A DNA stretch of 53,303 nt from Candidatus Sulfobium sp. (GTDB taxonomy: Bacteria > Nitrospirota > Thermodesulfovibrionia > Thermodesulfovibrionales > UBA6898): NCBI GenBank assembly GCA_037380845.1, contig JARRRI010000002.1, positions 1 through 53,303 on the forward strand, given 5' to 3'. Of the stretch, positions 11,579 to 19,641 are shown one piece after another. The notes below the pieces were generated by a model. That model worked only from the letters and a program-made list of their open reading frames with translations, was not told the origin of the DNA and searched no databases. Positions within the stretch are counted from its first letter, which is position 1. Each line of letters starts with the position of its first letter. The position numbers and the translations under genes were made by a program.

Positions 11579-12256
11579 CTATCGCCGCCTCGAATCCCTG
11601 AAGATGTCGAGCAGCGCGGGGGCAAGCACCAGGAGACCGAGGAGAGAGAGCGCGGCGACGAATTTTGCCGAAAGGACGTCTCCGGGCGAGTTGATTTTTC
11701 CGAGTTGAAGACCGGCAAACCCATAGATAAAGGCGCCGGGAAGCATCCCTGCAAATGTAGTCCAGACGTAGGTTTTCAGAGGCATTCTGGTTATCCCCGC
11801 AAAGTAGTTTACCATGAAAAAAGGGAAGACCGGGACGATCCTCATGGCCAGGAGATAGGTATAACCGTGGCGTTCCATCTCGCGGTTGAATTTTTTCAGG
11901 GAATCCGAATAGTTCCGCTGAATCCAGTTGCCGAAAAGATACCTTGCTGCAAGGAAGGCGAGTACCGCCCCGGCCGTGGCCGCGGCACTTACATAAAGCG
12001 CGCCGGGAAAGACCCCGAAGAGAAAACCGGCCGTTACCGTCAGCGCCAGAGCCCCGGGCAGGGCAAAGGCGGTGAGTATAAAGGCGGAGCAGAAGATAAG
12101 CACCGAGAGCAGGTAATTGGACTGTGCGAATTCCTTCAGGACCTGCCGCTGTTCCTTTATCCTCAGGAATGTGATATGTTCGACATCTCCAAAGATATAG
12201 ACTGATGCCAGAGCGGTGATAATGAGAATAATCAGGAGGGTTCTGAAGGTTTTCAT
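11579..12256 (-). CDS. TVP38/TMEM64 (DedA/VTT, SNARE-associated) membrane protein
   Basis: LPGALALTVTAGFLFG, RIVPVFPFFMVNYFAG, YVWTTFAGMLPG. Confidence 0.9.
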   Translation of the reverse strand: MKTFRTLLIILIITALASVYIFGDVEHITFLRIKEQRQVLKEFAQSNYLLSVLIFCSAFILTAFALPGALALTVTAGFLFGVFPGALYVSAAATAGAVLAFLAARYLFGNWIQRNYSDSLKKFNREMERHGYTYLLAMRIVPVFPFFMVNYFAGITRMPLKTYVWTTFAGMLPGAFIYGFAGLQLGKINSPGDVLSAKFVAALSLLGLLVLAPALLDIFRDSRRR

Positions 12257-12411
12257 GTTTTGCCGACTATCTCTCTTTCAGACGGGCTCCGGTTTGACAT
12301 GATCTTCCGTTAAATTATACTTACAGTATAGGACCAAAACCTTTCAAAAGGGACGCCAGAGCGAAGACTTCAGGATTGTTTTTTCGTTCCCCCGGCCCGC
12401 CTTGCGCCGGA

Positions 12412-13149
12412 ATGCCGAAGAACGTTACTGTCATGACATATAATGTGCACAGCTGCCGGGGAAGGGACGGCAGATATTCACCGCGGCGAATAGCGGAGGT
12501 CATAGCTTCGCACGGCCCTGACATCGTGGCCCTTCAGGAGCTTGACGTGAGGCTGTTGCGGACGGGACTTGTGGACCAGGCGGAGAAGATAGCCGGACAT
12601 CTGAGCATGCAATTCCACTTCCATCCATCCTTCGAAATAGAAGAGGGGCTTTATGGCAACGCCATCCTGAGCAGATATCCGATGCGCCTCGTAAAGGCGG
12701 GGGAGTTGCCGATGCCGGACAGGAGAGGCATTGAAAAGAGAGGGGCGATGTGGGTCGATATTGACGTGGAGGAAAGGCGGGTGCGTGTGTTCAATACTCA
12801 TCTCGGCCTATACAGAAAGGAGCGGCTTGTCCAGGCGGATGCCCTCCTGGGCCCGGGGTGGTTGACCAACCGGCTTGATAATTCATCCGTCATCTTCTGC
12901 GGTGACCTGAATGCTGTTCCGTTGTCGCCGGTATACAGGCGCTTCAGCCGGCATCTCCGGGACGTGCAAAGGGCATCCGGGCGGAAGTGTCCGCGAAAGA
13001 CGTACCCGAGCAATTTCCCGGTGGTCAGGATAGACTATGTATTTGTTACGCCCGATGTCTTAGTACGGGGGATAGAGGTGCCCCGCACCCGGCAAGCCCG
13101 CGCGGCGTCGGACCATCTGCCCCTCGTAGCGGAGGTTTCCATCCCTTGA
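12412..13149 (+). CDS. Endonuclease/exonuclease/phosphatase family protein (YbhP-like)
   Basis: MTYNVH, DIVALQE, NTHLGL, GDLN, RIDYVF, ASDHLPL. Confidence 0.92.
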   Translation: MPKNVTVMTYNVHSCRGRDGRYSPRRIAEVIASHGPDIVALQELDVRLLRTGLVDQAEKIAGHLSMQFHFHPSFEIEEGLYGNAILSRYPMRLVKAGELPMPDRRGIEKRGAMWVDIDVEERRVRVFNTHLGLYRKERLVQADALLGPGWLTNRLDNSSVIFCGDLNAVPLSPVYRRFSRHLRDVQRASGRKCPRKTYPSNFPVVRIDYVFVTPDVLVRGIEVPRTRQARAASDHLPLVAEVSIP

Positions 13150-14699
13150 TCCTGGAGCCCGGAAGGAATTGTCAGGACGTCTTCGACGTGTGGGAGACGG
13201 GATTGCTTGTCGATGCCCGCAACTATTATCGAGCGCTCTATCATTCTGCCAGGAAGGCACGACGCTACATTCTTCTGGCGGGATGGCAGTTTGATTCCGA
13301 GGTGAGCCTCCTGAGGGGGGAGGACACTGCAGAGGCCGAAGGCGACACCAGGCTTTTGCCTTTCCTGACTTCCCTTTGCGTCAGAAATCCGCAGCTCAAC
13401 GTGTATGTCCTTGCCTGGGATTTCAGTGTTGTATTTTCTCTGGAACGGGAATGGTTTCAGAGCTGGATCTTCCGGTGGATGACAAACGAAAGGGTCCATT
13501 TCATCTTTGACGACAAGCATGCCATCGGAGCCAGTCACCATCAGAAACTTGCCGTTATCGACGGACTTCTGGCCTTTGTCGGGGGGATGGACGTCTGCGC
13601 CGACCGGTGGGACGACGCCAGCCACCTGTCTGTTGACCCCAGACGGACGGACCCCGGCGGCGACCCCTACGGTCCTTATCACGACATCCAGTCGTATCAC
13701 ACCGGACCTGCGGCCGGACGGCTTGCGGAACTGTTCCTGCATCGCTGGATCAATGCCGGCGGGAAAGCCTTCGACCCCGCTCCCGCTGCTCCTGACACTG
13801 ATTACAGGATCGACTGTTCACGGCGGCTTCCGACGGGTCGCGTTGCGGTCAGCCGGACGCACGCCCGCAGTTTTACCCCCTTTCTGGAGAAGCCGGTGCA
13901 GGAGATCAGAAACCTCTATGTCGATGCCATAGAGGCTGCGGAAAAGCTTGTGTACATCGAAAACCAGTACTTCAGCTCCCACGCGGTTTATGATGCGTTG
14001 AAAAGAAGGATGACCTACCCGGACCGCAGAGCGCTTCAGGTAGTGATCGTTCTGCCGGAAAAGCCGCAGGCCCTTCTGGAGGAGATATCGATGGGGCTTG
14101 TCCAGGCGAAGATGATCCGTTCTCTGACTGAAACAGCGGGCGAAAGGGGGCATTCGATAGGGATCTACTACAGCGTCGCACCGCCGGAAGACGAAATTTC
14201 CCGGGCGACCTACATTCATTCCAAGCTCCTGCTGGTAGATGACATTTTTTTGAGTGTCGGTTCGGCGAATGCAACCAACAGGAGCATGGGACTGGACACG
14301 GAGCTGAATGTCTCCTGGGAGGCAGAGCAGGAAGATGATAGACTACGCCGGTCGATCCGTCACGTGCGCATCGCCCTGCTGGCAGAGCACACCGGCCTCG
14401 GAGAAATCAGGTATCTGCGACGTTTCGTAGATACGGAGGGTCTCGTGGGTTATCTGAGCGAATTGGCAGAAGGAGGGACCTGCAGACTGAGAACCCACAC
14501 TATCGAAAGCCTGACCAGAGAGGTAAAGTGGCTGGATGAACTGGGCGCGGAGGATTTTTCTTTGGACCCTGAGAAGCCGGTCATCGAAGAGAACGTCTAT
14601 GAAATGCTTGTAAAAGACAATAAAGGGTTTTTCTCTGACGGCATCGGTATCCTGGGCAAGTGGCTTCAGTCGAAACAGGGGAGCGGCGAGGGCAAGTAG
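13146..14699 (+). CDS. Phospholipase D family protein (cardiolipin synthase-like)
   Basis: Two HKD motifs (HQKLAVID, HSKLLLVD) plus GSANATNRS; TTG 13146 overlaps the upstream TGA. Confidence 0.9.
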   Translation: MILEPGRNCQDVFDVWETGLLVDARNYYRALYHSARKARRYILLAGWQFDSEVSLLRGEDTAEAEGDTRLLPFLTSLCVRNPQLNVYVLAWDFSVVFSLEREWFQSWIFRWMTNERVHFIFDDKHAIGASHHQKLAVIDGLLAFVGGMDVCADRWDDASHLSVDPRRTDPGGDPYGPYHDIQSYHTGPAAGRLAELFLHRWINAGGKAFDPAPAAPDTDYRIDCSRRLPTGRVAVSRTHARSFTPFLEKPVQEIRNLYVDAIEAAEKLVYIENQYFSSHAVYDALKRRMTYPDRRALQVVIVLPEKPQALLEEISMGLVQAKMIRSLTETAGERGHSIGIYYSVAPPEDEISRATYIHSKLLLVDDIFLSVGSANATNRSMGLDTELNVSWEAEQEDDRLRRSIRHVRIALLAEHTGLGEIRYLRRFVDTEGLVGYLSELAEGGTCRLRTHTIESLTREVKWLDELGAEDFSLDPEKPVIEENVYEMLVKDNKGFFSDGIGILGKWLQSKQGSGEGK

Positions 14700-14927
14700 T
14701 TTCTGTTAGCCAAGTACTGTCGGCTTTCAAAAAGAAGCAGGACCCGCTATTTCCTGTCTGTTACCGGCTTCATTTTTTTGAGATGCCAATTGATGACAGT
14801 GCTTTCAGGAAAGAAATCCGTTCCTTTCCAGAAAAAGAGAGTCTCAGAGCGGGACACAGTGAGATGTTTCAGTCGCTTTGTGCGGCGGCTTTGATATATA
14901 ATACGGATTCAGATAAACGAGGCTTGC

Positions 14928-15018
14928 GGAGAGATGACCGAGCGGCTGAAGGTGCACGACTGGAAATCGTGTGTGCGCTAATCCCGCACCGTGGGTTCAA
15001 ATCCCACTCTCTCCGCCA
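14928..15018 (+). tRNA. tRNA-Ser(GGA)
   Basis: GGAGAGA/TCTCTCC acceptor stem, CACGA-CT-GGA-AA-TCGTG anticodon arm, long variable arm, GTTCAAATC, encoded CCA. Confidence 0.96.
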
Positions 15019-15437
15019 TTTCTTTTCTTTAATATCAAGGGGATAAGTCTTCAAAATGCCGCTCTACTCACAGGAACAAACGGGCGTTTCGATTGGTGAT
15101 AACTGTTAAGTTCGCCGCGTTGCTTTCGGTGCGTGATCATACCCCATGAGGATCTTTGGGAACTCACTTTCTTCGGTGCGAAATGCCGAGAGAAAGTTTC
15201 ACCCGCAAACTACTCAAGATGACTGATCACGATTTTCATCGACTCGTGTCGTTAACACCGACTACTCGACAGTGGTGCCTTTTCGGAGCAAGAAGGATTA
15301 CTGGCTGTTATCCGCACTGCTTTTGCCAGTAATATAATAACTGGCTCATTATTAACACAGGCAGGAGCCTTGTTGTTACAAAAGGCATTGTCTTATAATT
15401 AAGTAATTAAAAGAGATATTTTTTACTGAGCGTTGCG

Positions 15438-16055
15438 ATGGCACAAAGAGCTTCAGAAGACAAGCCAGATTTTCAGAATATATATGTCTCCTTTAGTGGA
15501 AAAATTCGCCGCTATCTTGCACGCCTGGTTGGGGAAGCCGATTTCGAAGATGTAACACAAGAGGTATTCCTGAAAGTAAATGCCGGCCTTGACGAGTTCC
15601 GGGGTGATTCAAGTCTGTCGACATGGATTTATCGGATCGCAACAAACGCGGCTGTCGATCATAATAGGAAGTCATCGACGAGACTGAAGGAGCAGAGAGC
15701 TGAGGGACACTTTCCCGATGATTCGATGACCGAAGAGAGCACGGCTGTGGACCCGACACCACCTCAGGACAGGCAGCTTATCCGCAAGGAAATGAGCGAC
15801 TGCATCAGGGGAATCGTGGACGGACTGCCGGAAAACTACAGGACGGTATTGATCCTCAGCGACCTTGAAGAATTGAAGAATGATGAGATAGCAGAAGTCC
15901 TCGATATATCGCTCCAAACAGTCAAGATCAGACTGCATCGGGCCAGGCTGAAACTCAAAAAAGAATTAGAATACCATTGCAGTTTCTACAAGGATGAGCG
16001 AAACGAACTCGCCTGTGACCGCAAGGTCCCCTCACTAAAATTCCTCAAAAAATAG
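15438..16055 (+). CDS. ECF RNA polymerase sigma factor with Cys-containing C-terminal extension
   Basis: EDVTQEVFLK, STWIYRIATN (region 2); EIAEVLDISLQTVKIRLHRAR (region 4); tail CSFYKDERNELAC. Confidence 0.92.
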   Translation: MAQRASEDKPDFQNIYVSFSGKIRRYLARLVGEADFEDVTQEVFLKVNAGLDEFRGDSSLSTWIYRIATNAAVDHNRKSSTRLKEQRAEGHFPDDSMTEESTAVDPTPPQDRQLIRKEMSDCIRGIVDGLPENYRTVLILSDLEELKNDEIAEVLDISLQTVKIRLHRARLKLKKELEYHCSFYKDERNELACDRKVPSLKFLKK

Positions 16056-16056
16056 G

Positions 16057-16085
16057 TGTATCTTTTCCTTTCTAATTTTCGTCTA
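16057..16085 (+). promoter_or_regulatory. Candidate ECF-type promoter for the downstream SHOCT/Cys-rich genes
   Basis: TGTATC-N17-CGTCTA directly after the sigma stop codon, followed by an AAAGGAG ribosome-binding site. Confidence 0.6.
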
Positions 16086-16101
16086 TAAGGGTAGAAAGGA
16101 G

Positions 16102-16371
16102 ATGATAACCATGTTTCCCTGTGCAGGTTTTGGTTACGGACTATGGTGGATAATCCCGCTCATCATGATTGGCATGATGGTCCTTTGCTTCTTCATGATG
16201 AGAGGACGTATGGGCTCGATGATGTGCCGCCCAGGTTTCCACAAGTCAGGCAGCAACAGTGAAGAGGCCTCAGACTCGCCATTGGAATTACTGGACAAAC
16301 GGTATGCTCGGGGAGAGATCAGCGAGGAAGAGTATGAAGAGAAGAAAAGAATCATAACCGGGCGCAGCTGA
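16102..16371 (+). CDS. Met-rich SHOCT-domain membrane protein
   Basis: One TM segment, then PLELLDKRYARGEISEEEYEEKK (SHOCT pattern). Confidence 0.85.
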   Translation: MITMFPCAGFGYGLWWIIPLIMIGMMVLCFFMMRGRMGSMMCRPGFHKSGSNSEEASDSPLELLDKRYARGEISEEEYEEKKRIITGRS

Positions 16372-16417
16372 GTGTCTCTAGATAAATTTTAATCGCAAAG
16401 ATTGCAGGAGGTGTGAA

Positions 16418-16633
16418 ATGAGGACCGAAAAAACCAAAGATAAAAAGGAGAAGGCGAAATCCGGCGCTTTCGGTTTCGGCCCTGCTATGGGGCGTGGGAT
16501 GTCTGAGATGATAAAGTGCTGTACGGGTCAAGAAGGCTTTCCTGACTGCTTAACAATGATGGAAGAAATGAAAAAGCAATGCTGCGCACCAAATAAAGAA
16601 ACTGCCGAATCTGAAAAGAAAGAAAATGAATGA
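16418..16633 (+). CDS. Small Cys/Met-rich hypothetical protein
   Basis: Strong AGGAGGTG RBS; two CC pairs and multiple Met. Confidence 0.65.
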   Translation: MRTEKTKDKKEKAKSGAFGFGPAMGRGMSEMIKCCTGQEGFPDCLTMMEEMKKQCCAPNKETAESEKKENE

Positions 16634-16866
16634 GTCGAACGGCGTACTTGCCGTAGTGATTTCAAGCAACTGACGAAAGTTATCTATAGGAGAAGCGAAT
16701 GCACGGCAGCGAAAATCTGCACATACTGACAAAGTAAGCTTGTATGCTAACAGGTATTCTGGAAATAGCTGTGACAGATAATCGTGCTTCCGTGCTTCTC
16801 TGCGAGGCCAGGGAATGCGCAAAGATATATCTTCTCGTCACGAGGCGCAAGAAAGGGTGTGATGGC

Positions 16867-17007
16867 ATGGGAGAACTTGCCATGATCAAGGAGGAGTTCA
16901 AGGAGGCCGTTGATGACCTGCTGAATTACTGTAAAGACAAAGAATGCCTTGCTAACAATTTCCAATATGATTTAGACACTGTTGCGGATATGCTCACCGC
17001 TAATTAG
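16867..17007 (+). CDS. Small hypothetical protein
   Basis: Short helical-looking ORF; start uncertain (16867 or 16882). Confidence 0.3.
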   Translation: MGELAMIKEEFKEAVDDLLNYCKDKECLANNFQYDLDTVADMLTAN

Positions 17008-17155
17008 TGAGCAGAAATAGCGATTAATTTCGGTGGAAACGTTGTGCTTGTGACAAAACATGACAATGCGAATAACAGGAATACATCGCGAGATCCATGA
17101 ATCGCCGGCAGCGTTCGCGCCGTTTAATAGGTTTCGTCCTGCAGTATGCTAATAG

Positions 17156-17186
17156 AGGGCCCGCGAGGAAAAGCAGGCCCTTTTTT
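17156..17186 (+). terminator. Possible intrinsic terminator
   Basis: AGGGCC...GGCCCT stem followed by a T run. Confidence 0.4.
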
Positions 17187-17265
17187 AACAGAGATTGACT
17201 TATTTTTCCAATATATATATAGTCACATAGGGCTCCTTTTTTCATTGAAAAATAAGAGGGCAACT

Positions 17266-17529
17266 TTGGAAAAGAGAAAAGTCTCTCGCAACGGTATTCT
17301 TGCCAACTTTCAATTCTATATTGATGACAAATCAAAGGAAACCTTCGAAGGTATCACCATTAATATTTCTCCCCGGGGTTTTGGTTTCCTTACGGAGACA
17401 GTTGTTCAGGAAGGACAAACCATAACAATAAAAAAGCATGTCTTACCTGATTATAAGGACCGAAAAGCGAAGGTGACATGGGTGAAAAAAGTATCCCGCT
17501 ATATTTCGGCAGGAGCACAGTTTGATTAA
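17266..17529 (+). CDS. Stand-alone PilZ domain protein
   Basis: RKVSR (RxxxR) and NISPRG ((D/N)xSxxG), KAKVTWV; TTG start after GAGGG. Confidence 0.8.
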   Translation: MEKRKVSRNGILANFQFYIDDKSKETFEGITINISPRGFGFLTETVVQEGQTITIKKHVLPDYKDRKAKVTWVKKVSRYISAGAQFD

Positions 17530-17679
17530 GAACGGCTGAGACGTTCAGTCACTTCACTGTCTCCTTCTCAATAGACGAAAGGTCACGAGAGGTATATTTC
17601 ATACAGAGAAGTTTCGAAGGTATTTATAAGAACACGCACTTTGGGGTTCGAGTATTGTTTTCGGAGGGGCGTTAAGCAA

Positions 17680-17955
17680 ATGTCTCCACATCTGGAAAGA
17701 AGAAGAAACAAGCGTAACTCTCTTTGTGCCACACTTGAATTTGGGCTGCACCGAGATCCGTATAACTCCATCTTTACCTGTGACACAGCTAATATTAGTG
17801 CAGATGGATTATGCATTTATTTCGATAAACCTCTCCGTGAAGGTGATGAACTGGCAATTCGTACTATTCTACCCATCCCACACAAAAAGGCAATTGTACG
17901 GTGGGTCAGAAAGATTGGGACACTCTACATAGCAGGTCTGAGCTGTGCCCCATGA
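17680..17955 (+). CDS. Stand-alone PilZ domain protein
   Basis: RRNKR and NISADG motifs, AIVRWV...AGL. Confidence 0.82.
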   Translation: MSPHLERRRNKRNSLCATLEFGLHRDPYNSIFTCDTANISADGLCIYFDKPLREGDELAIRTILPIPHKKAIVRWVRKIGTLYIAGLSCAP

Positions 17956-18169
17956 GACTTTTCTTCTTTGCGATTTGCCTTCATTGGCATCCACCACATC
18001 CTTCCTGGACTCCGCAACAGTTGCCACTGCCCGAAACTATCTTATTCCCCGTGTAATTCCCTTTCCCAATAAATTTTTAGATAATATAGATGATTGCCGG
18101 GATACATTAGGGGGGCAAGCTGGCCGTTATCTGACTAATATTGCGGATGCGGCATTATGCATGAACAAA

Positions 18170-18228
18170 GCCTAAAAAATCGTTGGAGTCCGGCGCTTTG
18201 TGGCACAGGGCTCAACTCGCCGTTAGAC
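18170..18228 (+). mobile_element. Integron attC-like site (59 nt), R'' box mutated
   Basis: GCCTAAA-AAATC-GTTGGAG...CTCAAC-TCGCC-GTTAGAC: R''/L''/L'/R' layout with one extrahelical base. Confidence 0.7.
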
Positions 18229-18254
18229 CGGGAGATTAGGAGGAAGTTGAAGTT

Positions 18255-18650
18255 ATGGAAATCAGAAGAAATGGCTCACAGCCATCGAGAAAAGGACCAG
18301 CGGATTGGTTTACTGGCACGGTGCGCATTGATCCCCTATTCGAAAGAAGCGCTCCGGCACGCGCGCATGGCATCAGTGTCACATTCGAGCCTTGCGCTCG
18401 AACGTTATGGCACAGCCATCCGCTGGGTCAGGCGCTGATCGTGACAGCCGGCTGTGGGCTGGTGCAGCGCTGGGGCGGCCCTGTCGAGGAAATCCGTCCG
18501 GGGGACGTAGTCTGGTTCGAGCCCAACGAAAAGCATTGGCATGGCGCTACGGCAACGACTTCCATGACGCATATCGCCATTTATGAGGAACTCGATGGCA
18601 AAGCGATTGATTGGATGGAGAAGGTCAGCGACGAACAATACCCGGCCTAA
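18255..18650 (+). CDS. Cupin protein, Mn-dependent (R)-hydroxynitrile lyase-like family; probable gene cassette
   Basis: [42 protein letters not shown]; stop codon lies inside GCCTAAC. Confidence 0.9.
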   Translation: MEIRRNGSQPSRKGPADWFTGTVRIDPLFERSAPARAHGISVTFEPCARTLWHSHPLGQALIVTAGCGLVQRWGGPVEEIRPGDVVWFEPNEKHWHGATATTSMTHIAIYEELDGKAIDWMEKVSDEQYPA

Positions 18651-18735
18651 CGAGCCGGTTGCAGCTAGCGCCGGGATCGCTTCTCGATTAGCAATTGCAC
18701 TATCGGCCGTGCATCGGTGAGCCGGTATGTTGTCT
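18645..18735 (+). mobile_element. Degenerate attC-like site closing the cupin cassette
   Basis: GCCTAAC inverse core overlapping the stop, imperfect palindrome, degenerate GTTGTCT core. Confidence 0.5.
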
Positions 18736-18865
18736 TTGGAAATCTTCAACGGCTTCGAGTAGCCACAACTGTCGAGTAGGAGGTGTATACGTAACAAAAA
18801 CGGATTGAACCTTGGGACGACTGGCTCATTATAAGTCCTTCTTTTTCAAGAGAAAAGGAGGAACA

Positions 18866-19135
18866 ATGACCAAAGCAGGATTACTTCTCAAGGCGATCGT
18901 CGTTGACATTGAAGCGACAAATTCTCGGAACGTAGCAGTCTCTCCAATTGATTGTATTCTTCAAAAGATCTCGAACTTGGACTCTCCTGGCTGCCGGACA
19001 TCTCCGACGGAGAGTCTGACCGGATTGTACTTCAGTGCGAAAGAGATTTTGCCTGAAAAGGGGTGTTTTCCCGCCTGTTGCACGGCTGAATGGGGACGGG
19101 GCGCATTCATTTCCCGGACTTTTCCCCTCTTTTGA
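18866..19135 (+). pseudogene. Possible decayed HU-like gene remnant
   Basis: Strong AAAGGAGG RBS, MTKA start and weak resemblance to HU helices 1-2, which is then lost. Confidence 0.25.
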
Positions 19136-19167
19136 AATCCGGGAGCAAAAAATGTAATATAGGACAG

Positions 19168-19641
19168 ATGAAAGAAAGCCGGAGGCATTCTGTTGAAATC
19201 TTCGCCGACGGGGCCTGCAGCGGCAACCCGGGGATCGGAGGTTTTGGCGCCATTCTGAGATCGGGAGGCAGAGTCAGGGAAGTCTCGGGGTGCGAGAAGC
19301 TTACTACCAACAACAGGATGGAATTGACTGCTGTGATCACCGCCCTCGAAACTCTGAAACGTCCCTGTAGGGTAAAAGTTACGACGGACTCTAACTATGT
19401 GGTTAAAGGAATGTCCGAATGGGTCGAGGGATGGAAGAGAAACGACTGGAAGAACTCCCAGAAAAAGGCAGTGCTGAACAGGGACCTGTGGGAGAGGCTT
19501 TTGAAGGCTGCGGCCCCCCATGATATACAGTGGCTCTGGGTCAAGGGACACAACGGTCATCCAGAGAATGAATTGTGCGACCGGCTGGCGAGGGACGAGA
19601 TAATCAGATGCCGTAAGGAGCTGGGAGATGAAGGGGCCTGA
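19168..19641 (+). CDS. rnhA: Ribonuclease HI
   Basis: [38 protein letters not shown]. Confidence 0.97.
   Translation: MKESRRHSVEIFADGACSGNPGIGGFGAILRSGGRVREVSGCEKLTTNNRMELTAVITALETLKRPCRVKVTTDSNYVVKGMSEWVEGWKRNDWKNSQKKAVLNRDLWERLLKAAAPHDIQWLWVKGHNGHPENELCDRLARDEIIRCRKELGDEGA

Larger units (their letters stand above)
15019..19100. mobile_element. Probable decayed tRNA-associated genomic island (no integrase seen)
   Basis: Starts at a tRNA 3' end, visibly AT-richer, small accessory ORFs, attC-like sites and boundary repeats; right end approximate, no attR found. Confidence 0.55.

Noticed and set aside
12330..12375. CAAAACCTTTCAAAAGGGACGC, resembling a c-di-GMP-I riboswitch fragment
   Set aside because: No GNRA-capped stem or second hairpin; match too partial
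18110..18135. GCAAGCTGGCCGTTATCT as the end of a further attC
   Set aside because: No matching R''/L'' half could be identified upstream
18900..19167. Search for an attR duplicate of the tRNA-Ser 3' end
   Set aside because: No convincing copy found by eye, so the island's right boundary stays approximate
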